64,000 nt of DNA from the NCBI GenBank assembly GCA_046760105.1, contig JBHIDJ010000008.1, forward strand, positions 1,712 to 65,711. Reading direction: 5' to 3'. Positions 27,989-36,402 of the stretch are shown piece by piece. How positions within the stretch are numbered: the first letter of the stretch is position 1; each line of letters begins with the position of its first letter. The DNA comes from Acidiferrobacterales bacterium (GTDB lineage: Bacteria > Pseudomonadota > Gammaproteobacteria > Acidiferrobacterales > SPGG2). Below the pieces are notes generated by a model that was not told the DNA's origin, made no database searches, and was given only the letters and a program-made list of their open reading frames with translations. The translations under genes were made by a program, and so were the position numbers.

Positions 27989-28289
27989 TCGGCGCGCCCG
28001 TGTCAGGGCCGGTTTGGGCGGTACCGAGTAGCAAACGAGGGGTTCCTCACGAGCAACCGTCCTCTCCCGCATGGATTTTTTTGCGGTGCCAAAATGAACT
28101 AGATACCTTTCAAACGGCAGCTTTTCGCTCAATCGTGTCAATGTATTCTAAAAGAATCCGGTACGGTGCTCCGATATCAAGACTGTAATGCCATTTTGTG
28201 CCGGGCCGGATGGCTTATTCCCTGAGACGGTTTTGTGCCCGAATTTTGCATGACCAGTGCAAAAGGCGCCAGTAACAGCGTAGGGTTCT

Positions 28290-28829
28290 ATGGGGCTACC
28301 GACTATCTATCAGTTCTTCCGTCACCAGGTGCAATACGGCTTCGACAGGCAGGGACTGGCGGAGCCAGCAACGGTAGATTATTTGAGTGACATGCTCGCG
28401 CGTTTTGCGCACACGCGTGCGCTTTACGCCATTCGCGACCAAGACGGCAAACCGTTGGAGCGCATAGCCGAGCTCGTAGCTGTTTTACATGGTACATCGC
28501 AGTTCGAACCTCGTGCATGGGACCGACATCGGCGAGCGTTTATCGCACGCCATATTGGTGAATACACGTTGTTTATGAGTGGATGGTTCCGAGAGCGCCT
28601 GCGGGCACGTGGTGAGCTCGATTACTATCTGCTGAATGGTCGCAGCGCCTTTTGGCAATGCGCCCATTACGAACCCAATCCCAGACACCAACGCGTGTTC
28701 CGCGGGTTACATCGCAATTTCGACCATATTGCCGACACGCTCGATAACATGGTTCGCTTCCAACTACCGTTCACGCCGGCGAACGTTAACGCGCAAACGC
28801 TGATCGCATCACTGTGGCGCGTTTACTAA
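28290..28829 (+). CDS. Hypothetical protein
   Basis: 179-aa ORF with normal composition, divergent from lon. I recognised no family. Confidence 0.5.
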   Translation: MGLPTIYQFFRHQVQYGFDRQGLAEPATVDYLSDMLARFAHTRALYAIRDQDGKPLERIAELVAVLHGTSQFEPRAWDRHRRAFIARHIGEYTLFMSGWFRERLRARGELDYYLLNGRSAFWQCAHYEPNPRHQRVFRGLHRNFDHIADTLDNMVRFQLPFTPANVNAQTLIASLWRVY

Positions 28830-28895
28830 ATATCCCGCGTATAATCACGATCGTGTGAGCAGAGATGCGATGAAATCGCCTGCGCCGAACACCCC

Positions 28896-29303
28896 ATGTT
28901 CTACCAGCGAGAAAAGTTGCGCTTTAAATGCACCGGCTGCGGTGCGTGCTGTACCGGCAACCCCAATGACTATTACGTCGCCGTTAACGAACCAGAACAG
29001 GAGCGGATCCGCCGCTTTCTCGGTATCTCCCGATCGTGGTTTCGGCGTCGTTACCTTGTCAAGGCCGACGCAGCGACCGTGGGTCTGAACAGCGACAGTG
29101 CCGGTCGCTGTGTATTCCTTGATGCGTCGAATCGATGCCGCATCTACCCAGTAAGGCCCAACCAGTGTCGCACCTATCCGTTCTGGCCTGAGCTGCTGCG
29201 AAGCCGTGCGGCGTGGCAGGCCGAGACCCATCGCTGCGAAGGCATTGGGCAAGGAAAGGTGGTTCCGCTGAGACGCATAGCGGGCGCACTCAAACGCTGT
29301 TAG
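28896..29303 (+). CDS. YkgJ family cysteine-cluster protein (UPF0153)
   Basis: 135 aa with FKCTGCGACCTG near the N-terminus, later CVFLD..NRCRIYPVRPNQCRTYPFWP, and a terminal Cys motif. Confidence 0.8.
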   Translation: MFYQREKLRFKCTGCGACCTGNPNDYYVAVNEPEQERIRRFLGISRSWFRRRYLVKADAATVGLNSDSAGRCVFLDASNRCRIYPVRPNQCRTYPFWPELLRSRAAWQAETHRCEGIGQGKVVPLRRIAGALKRC

Positions 29304-29513
29304 CCCGCATCGGCCGACAAGCGGCTGTTATTAAAGCCCGATGCCGCGCCACCCCTGGGTGCACTAGAAAATCCTCCCCAGCCTCTCGCCGCGATCATAC
29401 AAGCCCTTTGCACGTGCACGCATTGCTGGCACGCACACGACCCTGTCAACCGCAGCCCGCGACGGGCGTTAAAGCATATGAAAATAGCGGAAACGATGTC
29501 TGGAGGTACAAGC

Positions 29514-30077
29514 ATGACGACGAAAACATGGTTTGCAGCAGCTTTGTTGGTGTTGGTCACCGCAGCGCCCGTGTTTGCCGATGACGGTGATCGCGGAGAG
29601 TGGATCGAAGACCGCCTGGACCGGCGCGGTGACCGCATCGATCAACGCCTGGACCGCCGTGGCGAGCGGATTGATGAGCGGTTGGATCGGCGTGGTGAGC
29701 GCATCGATGGGCGTCTAAATCACCGCGGCGAACGCGTTGACAAGCGCCTCGACCGACGCGGTGAATCTATCAATGACCGTCTCGACCGCAAGGCCGAGCG
29801 CGCAGAAGAAGCCGGCAAGCAAGGTTTGGCAAAGCGGCTCGACCGCAAGGGCGATCGGATTGAACATCGATATGACCGCAAGGGCGACCGTGTCGAGAAC
29901 CGGCTGGATCGGCGCGGTGATCGGGTGAACGCACGCCTGGACCGGCGTGGTGATCGAATCGAGAATAGGCTCGATCGCCGTGGTGATCACGTTGACCACG
30001 GTTTGGATCGTCGGGGCGAACGTGCTCATCGCCGCGTAGATCGGCATCGTAGGCACGGGGGTGCCCGTCGCCGGTAG
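29514..30077 (+). CDS. Secreted Arg/Asp-rich protein built of 11-residue tandem repeats
   Basis: ATG at 29514 preceded by GGAGG. The signal peptide is MTTKTWFAAALLVLVTAAPVFA. About 12 units of xRLDRRG(D/E)R(I/V)(D/E/N) follow (33-nt period, 29610-30050), with one 19-residue insert. Confidence 0.7.
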   Translation: MTTKTWFAAALLVLVTAAPVFADDGDRGEWIEDRLDRRGDRIDQRLDRRGERIDERLDRRGERIDGRLNHRGERVDKRLDRRGESINDRLDRKAERAEEAGKQGLAKRLDRKGDRIEHRYDRKGDRVENRLDRRGDRVNARLDRRGDRIENRLDRRGDHVDHGLDRRGERAHRRVDRHRRHGGARRR

Positions 30078-30183
30078 ACCGAGACCTGGCCATGCAAAAA
30101 CCGGCTAGCTGCTACATTGGTAACAAGAAACAATACCGGGGAGGGCACCAAACCTGGATTCTACGCAGCCACTGGAACGTTTC

Positions 30184-30693
30184 TTGGCCAGCGTCGAGAG
30201 GCGCGCCTTTGTTGTGGCGCGCATGGCCACCGGTGACAACGAAGAGGCGCTCGACCTGGTACAGGATGCAATGCTGCGGCTTGTGAAACACTATAGTGCG
30301 CGTAGCCCGGATGAGTGGGCACCGTTGTTTCACCGGATCTTGCAAAGCCGGATCCGCGACTGGTATCGGCGCGCACGAGTTCGCAACCGCTTCCGTGTGT
30401 GGTTTGGCGCGCGCCGCGCGGACGAGCACGAAGATGCGCTCGAACAACAGCCCGACCACAGTGAGCGTGGTCCAGATGGGCGCATGATGGGCAGTCAAGC
30501 AGTGAGCGCGCTTCAAAGCGCCATTGCCGCATTGCCGCTGCGCCAGCGCCAGGCCTTTCTGCTGCGCGCGTGGGAAGGCCTGGACGTGGCGCAGACGGCG
30601 AACGCCATGGGCTGCAGCGAGGGCAGTGTAAAGACCCATTACTCGCGAGCGGTGCACACCCTGCGTCGCCTGCTGGATGAATATTGGTCATGA
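30184..30693 (+). CDS. ECF-type RNA polymerase sigma factor
   Basis: 169 aa as tracked (TTG start), with region 2 (EEALDLVQDAMLRLVKHY..DEW) and region 4 (LPLRQRQAFLLRAWEGLDVAQTANAMGCSEGSVKTHYSRA). The true start may lie a few codons upstream (..PLERFLASVE..). Confidence 0.85.
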   Translation: MASVERRAFVVARMATGDNEEALDLVQDAMLRLVKHYSARSPDEWAPLFHRILQSRIRDWYRRARVRNRFRVWFGARRADEHEDALEQQPDHSERGPDGRMMGSQAVSALQSAIAALPLRQRQAFLLRAWEGLDVAQTANAMGCSEGSVKTHYSRAVHTLRRLLDEYWS

Positions 30694-31049
30694 CCCAACG
30701 CGACGAAAAAACGTTTGTCGAGAATGTCAAGCACACGCTCGATGAACTGGAACGGGATCTGGACGCGACCACGTGCGCGCGGCTGCGCGCGGTGCGTCGA
30801 GCAGCACTGGCGCACGACCAGGGCCGCGGCGGGTGGCATACGCCGGCTCGGTGGCTGCCCGCGGGGGCGCTGACGGCGGCGCTCGCGGGTATGGTCATCG
30901 CTGCCGTTATATGGCTTTCGGCTCCCTCGCCAGGCTTATCTGCCGCCAGCATGGAAGATCTCGAGCTACTCGGCGCGGAAGACAGCATCGAGTTCTACGC
31001 TGACCTGGACTTTTACCAATGGCTCACCACCGAGAACGATGCCGGTTGA
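30684..31049 (+). CDS. DUF3619 family protein (probable anti-sigma / membrane partner)
   Basis: 121 aa: MTQRDEKTFVENVKHTLDE..ARLRAVRRAAL, then one TM helix. It overlaps the sigma stop by 10 nt. The sigma-DUF3619-DUF3106 arrangement is known from betaproteobacteria. Confidence 0.65.
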   Translation: MVMTQRDEKTFVENVKHTLDELERDLDATTCARLRAVRRAALAHDQGRGGWHTPARWLPAGALTAALAGMVIAAVIWLSAPSPGLSAASMEDLELLGAEDSIEFYADLDFYQWLTTENDAG

Positions 31050-31245
31050 GCCGTTAGTCATAGCGTTTGTGTTTATCGCGGCCGCCGAGCCGGGAATCGA
31101 CGACGCAGACCCGTTGCCGGACATCGAGATGCTCGAGTTCCTAGGCAACTGGGAAACCGCGTCGGGTGAATGGATCGACCCCAGCGCGTGGTCCGACGAG
31201 CCGGAGGTGGCGGCGGAACCGCAGGAAGAGGAAAAAAGTGAGTAG
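31039..31245 (+). CDS. Small membrane-anchored acidic protein (hypothetical)
   Basis: 68 aa with a hydrophobic N-terminus (PLVIAFVFIAAA) and an acidic tail. It overlaps both neighbours (11 nt and 8 nt), which suggests translational coupling. Confidence 0.4.
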   Translation: MPVEPLVIAFVFIAAAEPGIDDADPLPDIEMLEFLGNWETASGEWIDPSAWSDEPEVAAEPQEEEKSE

Positions 31246-31804
31246 TCGATTTTTAGTCATAGTCTTCAGCTTAGCCCTGCCGCTGACATGCTTTAGCGCT
31301 GATCCGCCGCGGGCGATTACGTGGGACGAGCTCGCGCCGGAAGAGCAGCAGTTGTTACGGCCGTTGCGCGATCGCTGGGATAACCTTCCGCTCGAACGCC
31401 GCCAACGGCTGCGCAAAGGCGCGGCGCGTTGGACGGCTATGTCACCAGACGAACGCCGACGGGCACGCGAGCGCCTAAAGCGCTGGCAAAAGCTTGGTCC
31501 GGAGGAGCGCAACCGCGTCCGCCGCCGCTATCAACAGTTTCGTCAACTGTCCCCGGAGCAACAAGAGCGCGTACGTCGCCGTCACAAGTGGTTCAAGAGT
31601 CTACCCCCGGAACAGCGCCGCCAGTTACGTCAGCGCTGGCGACACATGTCGCCTGAGGAACGTCAGCGGTTTCGTCGGCAGTTGCAGCGGCGCGCGAAGG
31701 TGCGGCAAATGTCGCCCGAGCAGCGCAAACAGTTGCGGCAAAAGCAAAAGCAACGCCGCCTCGATGCGCCAAAACGCCGACCCCCACCTCAGCCGTCGGG
31801 TTAG
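31238..31804 (+). CDS. DUF3106 domain protein
   Basis: GTG at 31238 gives a signal peptide VSSRFLVIVFSLALPLTCFSA followed by repeated W..L.PEE(R/Q)..LR motifs (RWQKLGPEERNRV, FRQLSPEQQERV, RWRHMSPEERQRF). The upstream part of the track ORF is Arg-rich junk. Confidence 0.7.
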   Translation: MSSRFLVIVFSLALPLTCFSADPPRAITWDELAPEEQQLLRPLRDRWDNLPLERRQRLRKGAARWTAMSPDERRRARERLKRWQKLGPEERNRVRRRYQQFRQLSPEQQERVRRRHKWFKSLPPEQRRQLRQRWRHMSPEERQRFRRQLQRRAKVRQMSPEQRKQLRQKQKQRRLDAPKRRPPPQPSG

Positions 31805-31847
31805 CACTTGCCTTAACGCGGACACGTCCATCCGCCCTAAAACTGCG

Positions 31848-32213
31848 TTAGCGCTTGGCGGCGCTGCCACGGACTTCGTCAGCGGGATATTTTTGTTCGT
31901 TTAGTTCGAGCTTGCGCCATGCTGAATCGAACAAATCTATACCTAGCTTGTCTGCAAGGCGTAACAGATAGATGAGTACGTCTGCCATTTCAAGGGCCAC
32001 CTGTGCCTTCTTATCCGGCGCTAAAGTGAAGCTTTCTTGCTCCGTTAGCCATTGGAAGTGTTCAACCAACTCGGCCGCCTCGACACTCAGTGCCATGGAC
32101 AAGTTCTTTGGCGAATGAAACTTATCCCAGTCACGCGCTTGTACGAATTCCCGCAGCTGCTGGATAAGCTGATCAATCGTTACAGCGTTACCCCGCAGCT
32201 CGCCCGATTTCAC
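31848..32213 (-). CDS. MazG-like nucleotide pyrophosphohydrolase
   Basis: 121 aa. [29 protein letters not shown]...[20 protein letters not shown] is the all-alpha NTP-PPase pattern. Confidence 0.8.
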   Translation of the reverse strand: MKSGELRGNAVTIDQLIQQLREFVQARDWDKFHSPKNLSMALSVEAAELVEHFQWLTEQESFTLAPDKKAQVALEMADVLIYLLRLADKLGIDLFDSAWRKLELNEQKYPADEVRGSAAKR

Positions 32214-33601
32214 TTGTCCATCTCGGCTAGCCGCTGGCGTGCGCGCTTGATCGCAGCCCGTACCTGCGCCGGCGCCGTACCGCCTACATGATCGCGTGCG
32301 TTCACTGAACCCTGAAGCGTCAGCACATCAAATACATCCTTGTCGATTCTCGCGCACACGCTCTGCAATTCTGCCAGCTCCATTTCGGAAAGATCTTTGC
32401 CTGTTTCAAGACCGTGACGTACGAGCTTGCCAACGATCTCGTGGGCATCACGAAACGCCACCCCTTTGCGTACGAGGTAGTCGGCAAGATCGGTGGCAGT
32501 AGGGAATCCCCGCTGCGCCGCGCGCAACAGCACATCGCGCTTCAATTCCATCGTGCTGATGAGCGCGGTAAACGCCTCCACGCAGGCAAGTGCTGTGTCG
32601 AGCGCGTCGAACAGCGGCTCCTTGTCTTCCTGATTGTCGCGGTTATAGGCCAGCGGTTGCGCCTTCATCAGCGTCAACAACGCCACGAGGTCGCCATTGA
32701 CCCGACCTGCTTTGCCGCGAATGAGCTCGGCGATGTCCGGGTTCTTTTTCTGCGGCATGATCGAAGATCCGGTACAAAAGGCATCTGCAAGCTCGATAAA
32801 ACCAAACGCACTGGATGCCCACAGCACCACCTCTTCGCAGAAACGAGACAGATGCGACATTAACAGCGCGATTGCTGACACAAACTCGATCGCAAAGTCC
32901 CGGTCCGATACAGCATCCAGGGAATTTTCCGCCGCTGCATCGAACCCCAGAAGCTTGGCCGTATACTCGCGGTCAATAGGGTACGTCGTACCCGCCAAGG
33001 CAGCTGCACCCAGTGGCATGATGTTAACGCGTACCCGACAATCCTTGAGGCGTGCATGGTCTCGCATGAGCATCTCGAGCCATGCCAACATATGGTGACC
33101 GAAAGTGATCGGTTGCGCGCTCTGCAGGTGTGTGAAACCGGGCATTATTGTTTCTGCCTCGCGTTGCCCGATGTCGAGTAGCACCTTTTGCAGCCGCGCG
33201 ATTACCGCGTACAACGTGTCGATGCCATCGCGCAAGAAAAGTCGCATATCAGTGGCCACCTGATCGTTACGGGAACGGCCGGTGTGCAGTTTCTTTCCGA
33301 CCTCGCCGATGCGATCGATGAGTCTCGCCTCGATGTTCATGTGCAGGTCTTCCAGTTCAGCGCTCCAAGCGAACTGACCGGAATCGATCTCTGCCTTGAT
33401 CACCTCCAGGGCATCGACAATTGTTTTGCACTCCTTTTCTGTAAGCACGTTCACGTGTGCCAACATGCGGGCGTGTGCGATAGAAGCAGCAATATCATAG
33501 GCGTAGAGACGCTGATCAAAACCAACCGAGGCGGTAAAGGTATCAACGAGGCGATCTGTAGGGTCGGCGAAGCGGCCGCTCCAGGGCTTTTCCTTGGGCA
33601 T
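32210..33601 (-). CDS. argH: Argininosuccinate lyase
   Basis: 463 aa with [17 protein letters not shown] and the fumarate-lyase signature [12 protein letters not shown]. Confidence 0.95.
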   Translation of the reverse strand: MPKEKPWSGRFADPTDRLVDTFTASVGFDQRLYAYDIAASIAHARMLAHVNVLTEKECKTIVDALEVIKAEIDSGQFAWSAELEDLHMNIEARLIDRIGEVGKKLHTGRSRNDQVATDMRLFLRDGIDTLYAVIARLQKVLLDIGQREAETIMPGFTHLQSAQPITFGHHMLAWLEMLMRDHARLKDCRVRVNIMPLGAAALAGTTYPIDREYTAKLLGFDAAAENSLDAVSDRDFAIEFVSAIALLMSHLSRFCEEVVLWASSAFGFIELADAFCTGSSIMPQKKNPDIAELIRGKAGRVNGDLVALLTLMKAQPLAYNRDNQEDKEPLFDALDTALACVEAFTALISTMELKRDVLLRAAQRGFPTATDLADYLVRKGVAFRDAHEIVGKLVRHGLETGKDLSEMELAELQSVCARIDKDVFDVLTLQGSVNARDHVGGTAPAQVRAAIKRARQRLAEMDK

Positions 33602-33843
33602 CAGTTAACTGGATTCTTGCTACACAATCGATGATCGTGCGGGCCATAAAACTGACAGTGGCACTACCGGGCATGCCCCGGCGCCGTGGCCACGCACCGC
33701 CCATCCGCAAACCCGCTCCGGCTGTCGGTAACTACCCCATGACGCGTTGTTGTCGCCCTGGTCCCGAGGTATTTTTATATCTTACCTGGCCCGGTTTGTC
33801 CTTTTGTGCACCCCCACCCCGAATACCGGACCAGGGTTTTCAG

Positions 33844-33872
33844 CCCCCCAGCCCCATGGGGGGTTTTTTATT
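33844..33872 (+). terminator. Intrinsic-terminator-like hairpin with no annotated upstream gene
   Basis: CCCCCC-agccccat-GGGGGG followed by TTTTTTATT. It is preceded by a second long hairpin, CCTGGCCCGG...CCGGACCAGG (33785-33835). Confidence 0.4.
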
Positions 33873-34121
33873 GCGCCACAGGGTGAAAAGTATACATGAC
33901 CAGACCCGTCAGACGAATGGGAATATTGTCTATTATTTATCCCATAGACAGTCATGGAAGCTACCGTCATGAGGCAACCCTTGCGGCGGCGTGGGGCGCG
34001 CGAGTGCTGGCGGTGGCCGGCCGGCCCGCGGGTCTCAAGAATACATAAACTGATCTGCCTTGCGAGTGCGCAGACCTTTGCGTAACAATAAGCGCTTGTT
34101 TTTCCGGGCTCCTAGCCACGT

Positions 34122-35261
34122 TTGGGCGGTAGAATGGCTGGCAGCCTTTGTCATTCACGCGAACACACGACCAATATGCGCCCCCTGACAACCCGCGCAA
34201 ACCGGCCTATGGCGAACACGACCGCTGCGGACCGACACTTCCTGCCGGACTTCGGATCGTTCGGCATCGCCGTTCGTATTGTCCTGCTTGCCGAGCTGCT
34301 CGCGGTAATCATTACGCTCGGGCGTAACCCCGCGCTCGACGAGCGCGCTTGGCAGGAGTTCAATGTCCTGTCCGCGTTCGCCCTGCTGGTGTCGCTTTGT
34401 AATGTCATCGTCTTAAAGCTGGTCTCGCCATTGATTCGGCGTATACCCCCCCTTGCCGGCTCGGCGCTGATATTCACGCTGCTCCTGTGCGTGACGGCGC
34501 TGGCTACAGAACTGATGATTCTGATGCTTTATGACCTGAGCATGATCGGGGAGCGCTGGCCAGACTGGCGCGAGTCGTTGCTGACCCGCAGCCTTATCAT
34601 TGCAGCGCTTATCGCCATACCGGGACTGCGCTATCTGTTCCTGCAGCATCGTGCCGAGATGGTTGCCAAAGCACAACAGGAGGCCAAGATGCAGGCGCTG
34701 CAGTCGCGTATCCGACCGCATTTCTTGTTCAACAGCTTGAACAGCGTCGCAAGTCTCACGCGCAGTGATCCCGACAAGGCCGAGTCTGTCCTGCAAGACC
34801 TGGCTGATCTCTTTCGGGTGCTGCTCGCGGATGCGCGCAAGCTCGTGCCGATATCGGCGGAGCGCGAGATCTCGCGGCAATACCTAGAGATCGAGAAGAT
34901 GCGCCTCGGTGATCGCCTTCGGGTGAGGTGGCACGTGAGCAACGTGCCACGTTACGCGATGATACCGGCCCTCACGTTGCAACCCTTGTTGGAAAATGCG
35001 ATTTACCACGGAATCGAGCCGCGTTTTGCCGGTGGCACGGTCAGAATAGAATTGTGGACCGAGGGTGAAACGCTGCACGTGATGATCACGAATCCACTAC
35101 CCGACGTACCTAATATCGCGCAGTCCCAAGGCAACCAGATCGCTCAGGATAACATCCAGCAACGGCTTGCCACACAGTTCGGCGACCGTGCCACCATGCA
35201 GGTCTTTGAACAAGGCGGACAGTATCACGTGAAGCTAGGCATGCCGATTGTCAAGGGCTGA
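34122..35261 (+). CDS. AlgZ/FimS-type (LytS/YehU family) sensor histidine kinase, copy 1
   Basis: It has FLPDF near the N-terminus, several TM helices, the His box RIRPHFLFNSLNSVASL and the N box LTLQPLLENAIYHGIEP. The start is uncertain (34134, 34176 or 34209 are alternatives). Confidence 0.85.
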   Translation: MGGRMAGSLCHSREHTTNMRPLTTRANRPMANTTAADRHFLPDFGSFGIAVRIVLLAELLAVIITLGRNPALDERAWQEFNVLSAFALLVSLCNVIVLKLVSPLIRRIPPLAGSALIFTLLLCVTALATELMILMLYDLSMIGERWPDWRESLLTRSLIIAALIAIPGLRYLFLQHRAEMVAKAQQEAKMQALQSRIRPHFLFNSLNSVASLTRSDPDKAESVLQDLADLFRVLLADARKLVPISAEREISRQYLEIEKMRLGDRLRVRWHVSNVPRYAMIPALTLQPLLENAIYHGIEPRFAGGTVRIELWTEGETLHVMITNPLPDVPNIAQSQGNQIAQDNIQQRLATQFGDRATMQVFEQGGQYHVKLGMPIVKG

Positions 35262-35262
35262 T

Positions 35263-36402
35263 ATGGAACTCTCGAGTAAGGCTGGTCTCAATGCCTGGCT
35301 GAAGAGCGTCGCCAAGCGTCTCGACACGAGCAGCATTATCGACGAAAGCCTCGCCGCTGAAGACCCGCAGTTCCTGCCGGATTTCTGCAAGGGCTGGATT
35401 ATCTTCAATGTGGCAGTGATCGCCGAGATGCTCGCGATCGTAATAACCTTGGTTGTGCCGCGAAACATCATCTCGCGGTTTGCACTCCAGGACCTGTTCC
35501 TGATCTCGCTCTTTGTTCAATGGATCGCCCTCGGCGGCACGGCGGTGCTGTGTCTCGTGCGCAAGTACCTGAACAGGCTACCCAACCTGTACGCCCTGGG
35601 GATGGCGTACCTGCTACTGCTCTGCACCACGTGGGTGGTAACAGAGGCGGCTGTATGGCTGCTCTGGTTGAGCGGTGAGGTCGCGTCGGCGCGCCCCGAG
35701 TGGTACAACCATTTGCACATCGTCACCATTACCATCAGCGCGTTTGTTTACGCATTGCTGCTTCGCTTCTTCGTGGCCAAACATCAGCTCAAGCAGCGCA
35801 CCCTCTCAGAGGAACGCACAAGAATGCAGGCAATGCTATCGCGTATCCGCCCGCACTTCGTCTTCAGTAGCATGAACATTATCGCCAGCCTCACGCGCAG
35901 CGATCCCGTCAGGGCAGAATCGGCCATCGAGGACATGGCCGACCTCTTCCGTATGATGCTTAGTCAAGAAGAGACCTTAGTGCCGCTTAAGCATGAGATC
36001 GAGGTGGCGGAGAAATACCTCGCGATGGAGGGTCTGCGGCTGGATAATCGTCTTAGGGTCGATTGGGACATCGGTAAGTTCCCCAGAAAGGCGGTGATGC
36101 CGGTGTTAACCCTGCAACCGCTGCTAGAAAACGCGATCCGACACGGAATCGAACCGATTCCCGCTGGCGGCATCATTACCGTGCGGCTTTGGGAACACGC
36201 CGATAAGATCTATATTAAAATTACGAACCCAGTACCACGAAAAAAGACAAGGAAAGCCGAGGACAGTCACAGCATGTCACTAGCGGACATTGACCTGCGA
36301 TTGCGTAGTCACTACGGGGATGCAGCAACATTGGACTTCGGTCGCGAGGAGGACCAGTTCATCGTTACAGTTGTGTTACCGATTCGTGGAGAGAAGACGT
36401 GA
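35263..36402 (+). CDS. AlgZ/FimS-type (LytS/YehU family) sensor histidine kinase, copy 2
   Basis: The ATG at 35263 follows one nt after the stop of copy 1. The layout is the same (FLPDF, RIRPHFVFSSMNIIASL, LTLQPLLENAIRHGIEP) but the sensor region has diverged. Confidence 0.85.
   Translation: MELSSKAGLNAWLKSVAKRLDTSSIIDESLAAEDPQFLPDFCKGWIIFNVAVIAEMLAIVITLVVPRNIISRFALQDLFLISLFVQWIALGGTAVLCLVRKYLNRLPNLYALGMAYLLLLCTTWVVTEAAVWLLWLSGEVASARPEWYNHLHIVTITISAFVYALLLRFFVAKHQLKQRTLSEERTRMQAMLSRIRPHFVFSSMNIIASLTRSDPVRAESAIEDMADLFRMMLSQEETLVPLKHEIEVAEKYLAMEGLRLDNRLRVDWDIGKFPRKAVMPVLTLQPLLENAIRHGIEPIPAGGIITVRLWEHADKIYIKITNPVPRKKTRKAEDSHSMSLADIDLRLRSHYGDAATLDFGREEDQFIVTVVLPIRGEKT

Noticed and set aside
28234-28250. 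sigma54-like TGTGCCCGAATTTTGCA upstream of the hypothetical gene at 28290
   Set aside because: The invariant GG of the -24 element is replaced by TG.
29715-30988. Minus-strand ORFs of 113, 107, 181 and 275 aa across the repeat-protein and ECF-sigma genes
   Set aside because: Their composition is Arg/Ala/Pro/Ser-rich and low-complexity. They are antisense to genes with clear sigma-70 region 2/4 motifs or a clear 11-mer repeat structure, so they are typical high-GC artefacts.
33631-33972. 113-aa + strand ORF in the argH / kinase intergenic region
   Set aside because: It reads straight through two strong hairpins and a T-run, has no SD, and its sequence is Pro/Arg-rich. A non-coding structured RNA is more likely.
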